From the IMG/VR virus record IMGVR_UViG_3300036781_000821, positions 27,888 to 91,887 of that record: a stretch of 64,000 bases of DNA. One strand, 5' to 3'. The notes under the pieces were generated by a model that saw only the letters and a program-made list of their open reading frames with translations, had not been told where the DNA came from and searched no databases. Below are positions 28,749-37,251 of the stretch, one piece after another. The position numbers and the translations under genes were made by a program. Positions within the stretch are counted from its first letter, which is position 1. Each line of letters starts with the position of its first letter. This DNA is from a virus.

Positions 28749-29039
28749 ATGAACGTACTCGATCAATTCGCCAACATCGCCAAGACTCACGGCGCAATCG
28801 CCGCATACAACGCTCGCAAGAGCCAACCCGAAAGAATGCCGCTTATGCTGTGCTGGCCCGTGGAGCAATGGCATTGCCAAGATTGCGGCCATAAATGGAC
28901 TACGCCGCCGAACGATCGCGCACAGGGCGAACCCGAGTGTCCCAAGTGTGCCAATCCCGAGGAACGCGACGAAGTACCCGCATCCGGCCCACGCTGGAAT
29001 GATCCACTGGCCCAGAACTGGCTTGGGGAGCGCGGTTAA
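28749..29039 (+). CDS. Small zinc-ribbon protein
   Basis: CQDC...CPKC; start moved to ATG at 28749. Confidence 0.55.
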   Translation: MNVLDQFANIAKTHGAIAAYNARKSQPERMPLMLCWPVEQWHCQDCGHKWTTPPNDRAQGEPECPKCANPEERDEVPASGPRWNDPLAQNWLGERG

Positions 29040-29061
29040 ACCATAAAACGGAAGGCACAGC

Positions 29062-29961
29062 ATGACCAAGGAAGCGCTCAGCCAGATCACGGACGTTCTT
29101 TTCGAGCGTCTTTGCGAGGCGATGGAATCCGGCGCGAACGACGATGTGAAAGCCGTTCTCAAGTCAATGAGCGCGTTTCACGACTACAGCTTTGCGAATG
29201 TCTGCCTCATCCTGAGCCAGTTCCCGAAGGCTACGAAGGTCGCGGGTTTCCGCACGTGGGAGAAATTCGACCGCCACGTGGTGAAAGGATCAAAGGGAAT
29301 CGGTATCCGGGTTCCCATGCGCTACAAGAAAGGCGAGGCGACCGAGGAGGAGCAAGCGACCGGAATCTTTTTCGGCGTTGGGCATGTGTTCGACATTTCC
29401 CAGACCGAGGGCGCACCACTCCCCGACTTTCACAGTGATCCGGTTAGGGGCGAACCCGCCGCATTGTTGGAGAAGTTGCGCGAGAACATCACCGCGAGCG
29501 GGATCAAGCTTGACTACGTTGAACACCTTGCTGGAGCCGAAGGTGTTTCCAAGGGCGGCGCGATTGCGATCAAAGACGGCCACGAACGCCCGAAAGACTT
29601 CGCCGTTCTTTGCCACGAATGGGCGCACGAACTCTTGCATAGGGATGGCAACCGCCACGCGCTGACCAAGACGCAAAAGGAAACGGAGGCCGAAGCGACT
29701 GCCTACATCGTCTCCACCGCAATCGGCCTCGATCTTGGCAACAGTTCCGCGAACTACATCGCGCTTTACAACGGCGACAAAGCCACGCTCAAAGCCAGCA
29801 TGGACAGGATTCAAAAAACCGCGCAGTTCATTTTGAAGGGGCTGGGTTACGGACGGCAGGAAGAACCCTACCACAGCACACGCCCCTCTTTAGCCCTCAG
29901 CCAAATAACCCCGGCGAGTTACGCCAACCCGCCACCAAAACAGAAAGAACCAGCAATATGA
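29062..29961 (+). CDS. ArdC-like ssDNA-binding/metallopeptidase antirestriction protein
   Basis: FHDYSFANVCLI, VAGFRTW...VVKGSKGI, VFDISQT, HEWAH zincin motif and ETEAE. Confidence 0.85.
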   Translation: MTKEALSQITDVLFERLCEAMESGANDDVKAVLKSMSAFHDYSFANVCLILSQFPKATKVAGFRTWEKFDRHVVKGSKGIGIRVPMRYKKGEATEEEQATGIFFGVGHVFDISQTEGAPLPDFHSDPVRGEPAALLEKLRENITASGIKLDYVEHLAGAEGVSKGGAIAIKDGHERPKDFAVLCHEWAHELLHRDGNRHALTKTQKETEAEATAYIVSTAIGLDLGNSSANYIALYNGDKATLKASMDRIQKTAQFILKGLGYGRQEEPYHSTRPSLALSQITPASYANPPPKQKEPAI

Positions 29962-31493
29962 CGACAGAACTACCCGTAAAGTCCCTCGAACCGTCCCCGA
30001 CGAACCCGAGGAAAACTATCGACAAAACCACAATCGCGGAACTGGCCGAGTCCATAAAGACAAACGGCCTCCTGCAGCCGCTTCTCGTCCGGCCCCTAGG
30101 CAAGAGCAAAGACCGCTATGAAGTAGTTTGCGGTAATCGCCGCTTGCTGGCCTTGCGGCAAACTGGCCTCGAAAAATGTCCGGTAACAGTCCGTGAGCTG
30201 ACCGACGAGGAAGCCGTCGACGCGCAGCAGGTCGAGAACTTGCAGCGCGAGGACGTGCCACCGCTCGAAGAGGGAGAGGCTTTCGCCGCACTGGTGAAAA
30301 AGTACAACGTGGAAATGGTCGCGTTCAAGGTGGGCAAGACTCCGGCGTTCATTCGCCGCCGCATCATGTTGACCAGACTAACGGGCGATGCCCGGACGCT
30401 CCTGCAAAAAGGCGAGTTGCCGATCAAGTCGGCAGAGATGATCGCCGGGATCGAGGACGAGAAAGCGCGAAAGGCATTGGTCGACGGTCTCCGATGGGCT
30501 GGGAAGTCGCCCGAGGATATAGCGGGAGCTATTCGCCAGACGATTCTTCAGAAGATCAGTAAGGCCCCGTTCGACACGCGCAAGGTTTACGGATGCGCCG
30601 ATGAGCAGCCGACAACCTGCGACGTTTGCCCGTTTAACACCGCAGCCAAGAGCGGTAGTCTGTTCCCCGAATTGGCGAAGGACGCGCAATGCACAAATGG
30701 CAAATGCTTCCGGGCAAAGACCGACGCGCATTACCAGATCAAGGTTGACGAACATTTGCAGAAAGGTGGGAGCAAGTTGGGCGAGCAGGATGCGAAGAAG
30801 TGCTGGCCGCGCAATTACTATAGCGGCGGGGACATGCCTGTCAGCGATCGCGCACCGTTCATCGAATTGAGTGTTGTGCAGCCGCTCTTCAAAAAGGCGA
30901 AGGTGGATTTGCCGAAGGATAAAGTGTTTATCGTTCGCAATCCGAGCACCCAGAAGGTTCACTACGTCGTCGCGCGGGATTTCGCTAGCAAGGTAATGCC
31001 CAAACCAAAGAAAGAGGAACCGACACGCAGCAGGGGAGAGTCTGCCGCCGCGAAGCTCAAGTACGAAATCGAAACCGCCGTGCGCGAGCAAGCGCAAGTG
31101 GCTTACGCGACGGAATTCGCAAAGCTGAAGGCGATTGACGGTAGAATCCACCGCGCACTCGCGAACATTCTTGGCGACGAAATCCATGGAAGCGATTGGG
31201 AATTGTTTGCCAAAGCTTTCGCAACCGAGACCCCTCCACAGGGCAAGGGCTACGATGCGGCGCAGAAGTGGGGCAAGAAATTCTTGGCAGGACTGGACAA
31301 GAATCAACTCCCGGCTTTCATCGTGTTGGCCATCGCCATGAAGGACTGCTATGGCGCGACACCGGAAATACGTGCATTGGCTACAGCCGCAGGAGTGGAT
31401 TGCAAGAAACTCGAAGCAAACGTAACCAAACAGGTCAAGGCTCAGCTTGCGGAGCGAAAGAATGCGGAACCCGCGACCAAGGCGGCAGCATGA
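29958..31493 (+). CDS. ParB/Spo0J-domain protein with long C-terminal extension
   Basis: ELAESIKTNGLLQPLLVRP, CGNRR, ENLQRED; Cys cluster CDVCP...CTNGKC. Confidence 0.9.
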   Translation: MTTELPVKSLEPSPTNPRKTIDKTTIAELAESIKTNGLLQPLLVRPLGKSKDRYEVVCGNRRLLALRQTGLEKCPVTVRELTDEEAVDAQQVENLQREDVPPLEEGEAFAALVKKYNVEMVAFKVGKTPAFIRRRIMLTRLTGDARTLLQKGELPIKSAEMIAGIEDEKARKALVDGLRWAGKSPEDIAGAIRQTILQKISKAPFDTRKVYGCADEQPTTCDVCPFNTAAKSGSLFPELAKDAQCTNGKCFRAKTDAHYQIKVDEHLQKGGSKLGEQDAKKCWPRNYYSGGDMPVSDRAPFIELSVVQPLFKKAKVDLPKDKVFIVRNPSTQKVHYVVARDFASKVMPKPKKEEPTRSRGESAAAKLKYEIETAVREQAQVAYATEFAKLKAIDGRIHRALANILGDEIHGSDWELFAKAFATETPPQGKGYDAAQKWGKKFLAGLDKNQLPAFIVLAIAMKDCYGATPEIRALATAAGVDCKKLEANVTKQVKAQLAERKNAEPATKAAA

Positions 31494-31693
31494 CCACGCC
31501 GCACCTTACCAGATGCCGTGTTTGCCGCTGCACAGAGGAACGTGCATGTAATCCACCATGTGCATGGGAGCGCGGAGAAGAAGACCTTTGCGACTCATGC
31601 GCGAAGGTTGTTCGAGCCGTAGCAGAGTGGCTTAACACAGGCCGCAGGCCGAGCTTCGCGGCCCTAAAACGAGAGGCTCAGAAGGCCGCATAG
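31490..31693 (+). CDS. Small Cys-rich phage protein
   Basis: CRVCRCTEERACNPPCAW...DLCDSC; ATGA-coupled to parB. Confidence 0.65.
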   Translation: MTTPHLTRCRVCRCTEERACNPPCAWERGEEDLCDSCAKVVRAVAEWLNTGRRPSFAALKREAQKAA

Positions 31694-31699
31694 AAATTT

Positions 31700-31815
31700 G
31701 CAGGTGCAGCAAGGTGGGTTACTGCCGCGACCGCGCTCCGAAGGCGCGGCGCGAAGTTCGGCAGGGGTTTGCGGTTTTTTTTCCCTGCTAGTCGGTTCAA
31801 ATCCGGCCACCTGCA
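31700..31815 (+). ncRNA. tRNA-like structured RNA (116 nt)
   Basis: Perfect 7-bp acceptor GCAGGTG/CACCTGC plus A; T-arm GTCGG-TTCAAAT-CCGGC; 3-bp D stem; extended anticodon-like stem CCGCGC-TCCGAAG-GCGCGG; long variable arm GCAGGGG/TCCCTGC. Confidence 0.7.
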
Positions 31816-31913
31816 TTTTCCGATTCGCGTTATTTCCGGCCTCTCACTTTTCGTTCTCGCTCCGGGCTGCTACGCAGTCCTCGCGCCGTTCGAGGCGCAG
31901 AATAACCACCGAA

Positions 31914-32258
31914 CTATTGCACAAGACACCGAGCTTCAATCTTTGCGATCTGCCATTTGTGCTTTGGCGTTTCGGCAAACTGGTCCATGCGCTGCCCCTC
32001 TTCGAGAACGTCCTGAACACGGCGTTCAAAAACGGTGTGAAGCGCGAGCAGGTTTTTGCCTGTGATCTTCACCAGCCAGTACGAGAATACGACCAAAACC
32101 ACATCGTCCTTGATTTCGCAGCCGCCGAATTGAAGCCACGGGAAAATCCAGCCCTCAGCCTTGTTAGCCTTTTTGAGCGTCAACGTCTCGCTCATCGTCG
32201 GAGCAGGCAACGCCTTGGGCATTACCCGGTCTGTCACTTTTGTTTCTAACGTATTCAT
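31914..32258 (-). CDS. Relaxase-associated hypothetical protein
   Basis: 114 aa, ATGA-coupled to the relaxase. Confidence 0.6.
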   Translation of the reverse strand: MNTLETKVTDRVMPKALPAPTMSETLTLKKANKAEGWIFPWLQFGGCEIKDDVVLVVFSYWLVKITGKNLLALHTVFERRVQDVLEEGQRMDQFAETPKHKWQIAKIEARCLVQ

Positions 32259-35005
32259 CTGCTTACCTCCTGTGCCATGCTGACCCCTTGAGTTTGGGCG
32301 GCGGCGACGCTAGCACGCCCAGAGTTACCGTACGACCGTCCCGCTTGCTGCGTATGGGCGTGAGCCACGTTAACCGCTTGCGCCTTCGCCGCAAGCTCCA
32401 TTGCCGTCTGACGCGCCCCCGAGCGATTGACGCTGTCCCGCAGACCTTCCAAGTTACTCGTGAACACCTGGCACGTCTCCCGCGCCCGAGACACCGACAC
32501 GTAAAACGCGTCGTGGCGCATGTGGTCGCCGGAGACGATGACGTTATCGACCGTCTTGGACTGTGCAATGTAGCTGGTGGATGCCCAACCGTGTTTCATG
32601 TGCCCGAAGTCGTGATTGATTGAACGACCATCCTTCAGCCGCATCGCCGTCCCGTCCTGCGCCTTCTCCACCTGCACGCGCTCGCCGTTGGTCAGATCCA
32701 AGTCCCGGTCGTTTTTCTTCAGGATCAGGAAATCGCCATCGCAGACTTCGATTGAAGACTGTTTGTACACCGAGAAATTCTTGGCCTGTTTTGCAAGGTC
32801 CACTTCTTTCCCGCCGCGCAACACGCCGTCTTTCCGCACTTCGCCGCCGACGTAGGCAACGCCGTTCTTTGCCGCTGTAACCTCTAAATTCTTTCCCGCA
32901 TTCGCGCCCTTGAAAAATGCCAGTACCAGCCCCGGCTGGTAGAACTCCGCTTTCTGCTTTTCCTCATTCGACCAATTCAACGCTTCCAGTTTTGGAATCG
33001 TCACGCCCTCTTTGGCGAGATCGCCCATTTCCTTTCGCTTTGCGCGGATGGCGGCCGTCAGCTCCTCGACCTCGGCATTGGACGGCGTGACCACCACGGT
33101 ACTGCCGTGCAATTGGGAATGAGCTTCGGCCACCAACGTTGCACGCTCGCGTCGATCCACTTCCTTGATCGTTCCCATTTCTTGCAGCTTGGCGAAGGCC
33201 CGCTCCGGTTCTTTCCACGCATCCTTGACCGCCTCGTGATATGCCGGGAATTGTTCGGGATCTTGCCGCACGTTCAAGTCGAGCATTTTGGACGCGAGAC
33301 GGCTTTCCTTCTCCATCATCCGCAGCGCATCGCACGCGGTTACCGGGCCATGTTGTTCGGTGTCACCAGAGAACATCATCCGCGCACCATAGCGATGGCA
33401 TACGTCCATCAGTTTTTTCATGTCCTCGCCGCCGACCATTCCCGCCTCGTCGACGATCAGCACGCGCCCTTTCATCAGGGCTTGCTCCTCGCGGCAGCCC
33501 AGGAAGCTGGCTATGGTCATGGGATTCTCGACACCTTCCTCGGCCAGCGACTTCACCGCCGAATGCGTTTGCGCCACCACCGTGCAAACCTTTCCGTTTT
33601 GTCCAAGACCGCGCACCATTTCCGCGATCAGGTGAGTTTTGCCCGCGCCGGCGATGCCCTGGACGTTCACCGCCCAATCCGTCGATTGGAACGCCCAGTC
33701 CAAGACTTCCTGCTGTTTTTCGTTCAGGCCCTTGCCCGTGTACGGAATTGTGCCGAGCTTGCCGTGGGCGCCAACGCCCTCATTGACTATCGCGACCATG
33801 TCTTCCTCCCGCTGATACGCTTCCTTGGTCGTGCATTCGCCGTCAACGGCCAACACCGCCTTCGACTCTTTCAGCACGTTCCACACGGTTTGAACGTCCG
33901 AGAAATTGACATGGCCGCGATTAAACCGGAGCGCAGCGGCTAGCACATCGACTTCCTTGGCGACTGAGACTTGCGAGAAGGTGTGTTTAATCGCCGACTG
34001 CACAGCTTCGTGCGCGGACTGGTAGGTGATGTCCTCGCCGCGACCGGAAAGCTCGATGGCGTGATCCCGCGCCGCCCGAAGCCGTTCGCTCATGCCGGGA
34101 AACTTGGCTTCAGCTCGCGCCTTTTGCATGGCAATGACATCGGCGGTGCTAATCTCGATTAAGTTGTCGGGCCGCGTTTCGCGGTACAAGTGCGAGATCA
34201 GGTTGTCCGACGGGTGAATGCCGTGGGGATTTTTGGCCTTGTCGTTCTTGAACGCCTCGACCGCGGCGGCCACAGCCTTCGATCCCTGGCTAAACTCCTC
34301 GCTCTCCTCCTGCCGCACACAGGCCAGACCGAACCCCATTTCCTTGTCGTTCTTGTACGGCATTGTCCGTAGAACATAGCCGCCGTCTATGCACAGCCCG
34401 GCCAGAATGTTGCGGTAGACCTCGGTCGCGAGCGCCTTGGCCTCATACATCTTTTCGGTTTGGAGGGCTTTCCAACGTCCCTCCTCCACATCCTGGGTCA
34501 GGTTCCCGCAGGTCAGATGGCTGTGAAGGTGTGGATCTAGCGCGCGGGAGCAGTCATGTTCAAACCGCGCATAGATCAAATTCCCGGTCAGCCTGGTCTC
34601 GTCTTTTTTCCCGAACAGCCGTACTCGCGTCCCGGCCTGTTTCTCGACGAACTCCATCGCCTCGCTGACGGCCTGCTTGTGCCACTCGGGAATGCGTTCA
34701 TCCCCGCCGATCCGCCACTGGATTGATAGATCCTTCGGGCAGGCGAACACCCAATCGTAAAACGTCCGACCGTTCTCCCGCTCGTGGCTGAATCGTTGGC
34801 GAAGCTTCGCGCCTGTTAAGGGATCAAGACCTTGCCGCATCCTCTCGAAAGCTTGCTCCGTGACCTCACCTTCAAGTCCCAGCAATCGCGCTCCGCGACC
34901 TTTCCACGTGCCAACCGATTGATCGTTTTTGTCGAGGTAATCCTTATAGGAAAGGTGGCTTACGAAGTACGTGTCACCTCGATAGAGGGGCATTCCGTTG
35001 AGCAC
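32255..35005 (-). CDS. MOBF (TrwC/TraI-type) relaxase-helicase
   Basis: N-terminal DY...W.G.GA..LGL.G, YDWVFACPKDLS, HDCSRALDPHLHSH (HUH); helicase motifs GIAGAGKT, IVDEAGM, GDTEQH, FYVSVSRAR. Confidence 0.95.
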   Translation of the reverse strand: MLNGMPLYRGDTYFVSHLSYKDYLDKNDQSVGTWKGRGARLLGLEGEVTEQAFERMRQGLDPLTGAKLRQRFSHERENGRTFYDWVFACPKDLSIQWRIGGDERIPEWHKQAVSEAMEFVEKQAGTRVRLFGKKDETRLTGNLIYARFEHDCSRALDPHLHSHLTCGNLTQDVEEGRWKALQTEKMYEAKALATEVYRNILAGLCIDGGYVLRTMPYKNDKEMGFGLACVRQEESEEFSQGSKAVAAAVEAFKNDKAKNPHGIHPSDNLISHLYRETRPDNLIEISTADVIAMQKARAEAKFPGMSERLRAARDHAIELSGRGEDITYQSAHEAVQSAIKHTFSQVSVAKEVDVLAAALRFNRGHVNFSDVQTVWNVLKESKAVLAVDGECTTKEAYQREEDMVAIVNEGVGAHGKLGTIPYTGKGLNEKQQEVLDWAFQSTDWAVNVQGIAGAGKTHLIAEMVRGLGQNGKVCTVVAQTHSAVKSLAEEGVENPMTIASFLGCREEQALMKGRVLIVDEAGMVGGEDMKKLMDVCHRYGARMMFSGDTEQHGPVTACDALRMMEKESRLASKMLDLNVRQDPEQFPAYHEAVKDAWKEPERAFAKLQEMGTIKEVDRRERATLVAEAHSQLHGSTVVVTPSNAEVEELTAAIRAKRKEMGDLAKEGVTIPKLEALNWSNEEKQKAEFYQPGLVLAFFKGANAGKNLEVTAAKNGVAYVGGEVRKDGVLRGGKEVDLAKQAKNFSVYKQSSIEVCDGDFLILKKNDRDLDLTNGERVQVEKAQDGTAMRLKDGRSINHDFGHMKHGWASTSYIAQSKTVDNVIVSGDHMRHDAFYVSVSRARETCQVFTSNLEGLRDSVNRSGARQTAMELAAKAQAVNVAHAHTQQAGRSYGNSGRASVAAAQTQGVSMAQEVSR

Positions 35006-35345
35006 GTGACCAGCATGAGGCAGCTTGGAAAGAGCGTCAAATTTGGGCTTTTAGGGGATCTGGAGGTAAATCCAGGATAGTGGGCCTCCCCCTATCAGAC
35101 GAGCTACTGAGAAGAGAAACATCTACCCCTAAGCGCTTCGCGCTTGGGAAAACCGCGTTTGCAGGGGCGCGCCAGGACCAGGCTACTCCAGAGGCGCATG
35201 GTATACTGGACTTGAGCTTAGGCTCACGAAAAAAAAACTTCAAAACACAAACTCAAAACCTACACACTTCACAAACTTAAAAACTACACACAAAATTAAA
35301 CTCCAAAAAAAACTTACTCTTTAAAAAACTTCTTCTGCTTTTGCT
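35006..35345. promoter_or_regulatory. Putative oriT / relaxase promoter region
   Basis: Non-coding region upstream of the relaxase with hairpins AAGCGC-TTC-GCGCTT (35131-35145) and TGAGC-TTAG-GCTCA (35213-35226). The nic site cannot be placed. Confidence 0.4.
35229..35336 (+). other. 108-nt G-free tract
   Basis: Hand count: 58 A, 27 C, 23 T, 0 G. Confidence 0.95.
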
Positions 35346-35445
35346 TTTTGCTGATTTTGGGCTCACCGGCTGGAGCCACCGTTTGAAGAGATGCACCTTG
35401 GAGTAGTGTAGGGACAATCTTCCTGACGGCCGGGTAGGAGATTGT

Positions 35446-35631
35446 GTGCGTAGACCGCGTTTCGACCCCCATCGGGTCATCAACCAGATTAAGTATTGGG
35501 CCATCGAGATCACGATCCTGGTCCTGTTTTTGAAGTGGCTCGGCGGTTCTCTTTGGCACGAGCTGGGCTTCGATCACTCGGCGGAAGCCAAAGCCGCGCA
35601 GAGCTGTGTTGTGGAACAGCCACGGAGGTAG
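35446..35631 (+). CDS. Small membrane protein
   Basis: 61 aa, one TM. Confidence 0.4.
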   Translation: MRRPRFDPHRVINQIKYWAIEITILVLFLKWLGGSLWHELGFDHSAEAKAAQSCVVEQPRR

Positions 35632-35640
35632 AATCAGGCC

Positions 35641-35961
35641 ATGACCGTAGCCGAACTCCGCGAGGCCCTTGCCGGGTATCCCGACGACGCGCCGCTTCAG
35701 ATCCACATGGAGCGATTGCCGGACGACAACGAAGAAGCGTTCGTCGTGAACGTCCAACCGAATTATGCGGGCTGGAGCGAGCGCGAGCATAAGCCCCACG
35801 TCGTGCTGTACGGCGAGCAATTCCCAAAGGACTTCATCGAGACGACCCGCGACCGGGTTGTGGAACGTGCAAAACAGTTCAGCAAATGGGATTGGCCTTA
35901 CGGGATGTGGAACTGGTGGGAAGCGAAACAGTGGAAGCGGACGTTTGGGCGAGGACGTTAA
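35641..35961 (+). CDS. Hypothetical phage protein
   Basis: MTVAELREALAGYPDDAP start, common in small phage proteins. Confidence 0.6.
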   Translation: MTVAELREALAGYPDDAPLQIHMERLPDDNEEAFVVNVQPNYAGWSEREHKPHVVLYGEQFPKDFIETTRDRVVERAKQFSKWDWPYGMWNWWEAKQWKRTFGRGR

Positions 35962-36085
35962 GGCGTGCTCGATTTGTGCTCGAAGTAATCCGCGCCGAAC
36001 GGCACGGGGCTGACTTGCGGGATTCGCAATTGCTAGAACGATGCCACTGGAAACGCTAAATTCTGTGTTTCCAATTTACCGTCGT

Positions 36086-36131
36086 CTTCCCAAGCTGGAC
36101 GTCGCCGGTTCGACCCCGGTCTCCCGCTCCA
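36086..36131 (+). repeat. 3' half of tRNA-Gly(CCC); probable attR
   Basis: CTTCCCAAGCTGGACGTCGCCGGTTCGACCCCGGTCTCCCGCTCCA: anticodon loop, T-arm and CCA are present, but the 5' half is missing. Confidence 0.85.
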
Positions 36132-36228
36132 ACATCTTCTTTTGCTAGTTGTTGTTAGGCGCAATCTTCGCGCCGCTCTTTTTCCCTCGTGACTCCGCAA
36201 GACTCCAATCGCGCGGTACCCTCGAATT

Positions 36229-37047
36229 GTGGACGCTGCGAAGCCGGTCTCGGAGGTCTTGTTCGAGTCGTACCTTTCCTCGCTCGGTTTGCCGTGGGAG
36301 TACGAGCCAGAGTTCGACGGGAAGCGCCCGGACTACTTGCTCTCGTCGGCTGCTGGTCCGTTCGTCGTGGAGGTTGAGGAGCTTGTCGATCCCGACCCGT
36401 TGCCGAGCGGCGGGTATTCTCCGACGGACGCGGTGCGTGAAGCATTGCGTCGTGGCAAGAAGCAGCTGCGCGGGTGCAAGCACTTGCCGACCGGGATTGT
36501 GGTGTTCAGCGAGTCGTTCTACCGTGGCGTGACGCCCGAGACTGCTGCGTCGGCGGCATTCGGTCCGGGGTTCCAGGATGCGCGACGGCATGACCTCATC
36601 GATCCTTCCGCTCCCGCGTTCCGTTTCCCGTCGCGATACGCTTGCCCGCCGAGCGTGCCCAAGCTTGCGAACCCATTTCTCTCGCGCACAGACAACAAGT
36701 CATTGAGCGCCGTCATCGTTTTGGCCCGGTATGCGCTCAACGACTTCCACCTCGCCGTGTGGCGAGAGCTTGCGGCACGACAGGCACGCGGTGAGCAGAT
36801 AGCGCCGGGTGCGAGCCTCGCGGTTGCTGCCGAGCTCCAGCACTCCGTCCCCTTGACGTACCGGTACGAGAACACGATCCGTGTCGTCGTCTTGGAGAAC
36901 CCGCACGCGAACCTCGCGTTTCCCGACGTGTTCCGTGGTCCGTTCGACCAGCGCTGGACGTGGGAGGATGGCTGGTGCACGCCGACCTGGATCGGCGCGA
37001 CGGCGCACGAATGCTATGCGAGCGGCGTCCCCTTCCACCTGCTCTAA
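36229..37047 (+). CDS. Hypothetical protein, restriction-endonuclease-like N-terminus
   Basis: 272 aa; YEPE...RPDY...VVEVEE. Confidence 0.55.
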   Translation: MDAAKPVSEVLFESYLSSLGLPWEYEPEFDGKRPDYLLSSAAGPFVVEVEELVDPDPLPSGGYSPTDAVREALRRGKKQLRGCKHLPTGIVVFSESFYRGVTPETAASAAFGPGFQDARRHDLIDPSAPAFRFPSRYACPPSVPKLANPFLSRTDNKSLSAVIVLARYALNDFHLAVWRELAARQARGEQIAPGASLAVAAELQHSVPLTYRYENTIRVVVLENPHANLAFPDVFRGPFDQRWTWEDGWCTPTWIGATAHECYASGVPFHLL

Positions 37048-37076
37048 CCTGCGACCAGCGCGCCGAGGTGTTCCGC

Positions 37077-37112
37077 GATCTCGCCCAGGGTCCTGATGCT
37101 GCCGGGTGTTCG
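37077..37112 (+). repeat. Direct repeat copy 1 (pairs with 39869-39904)
   Basis: GATCTCGCccAGgGTCCTGATGCTGCCGGGTGTTCG; 33/36 identical. Confidence 0.85.
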
Positions 37113-37251
37113 CCCGGTCCGGTCGAGGTGGAGGGTCTTGATGCCGAGCGCTCGTGGAATGTCGTGGTCGTGGCGCTAATCGTTCTCGACGTTGAGGAGT
37201 TGTGCAGGCGGGAGGAAAAGTTTTTAACTGCGGTTCGGGCCGTGCGTGGGG

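Larger units (their letters stand above)
1..36131. mobile_element. Podovirus-like prophage (right part; left end outside window), probably integrated in tRNA-Gly(CCC)
   Basis: Co-oriented terminase, portal, scaffold, capsid, tail tube and fibre genes plus recombination and replication genes, ending at a tRNA 3' fragment. No tape-measure or sheath gene is seen. Integrase and repressor are not in the window. Confidence 0.85.

Noticed and set aside
28670-35336. Loose similarity between the AT-rich segments at ~28680-28705 and ~35311-35336 as boundaries of an inserted mobilisable element
   Set aside because: Low-complexity and poorly aligned; not enough to call direct repeats.
24281-36028. Identical 13-mer TGCGGGATTCGCA at 24281 and 36016 as possible element ends
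   Set aside because: Matches of this length are expected by chance in 64 kb, and there is no flanking similarity.
36086-36131. Functional tRNA-Gly
   Set aside because: The 5' acceptor strand, D arm and 5' anticodon stem are absent; treated as an att remnant.
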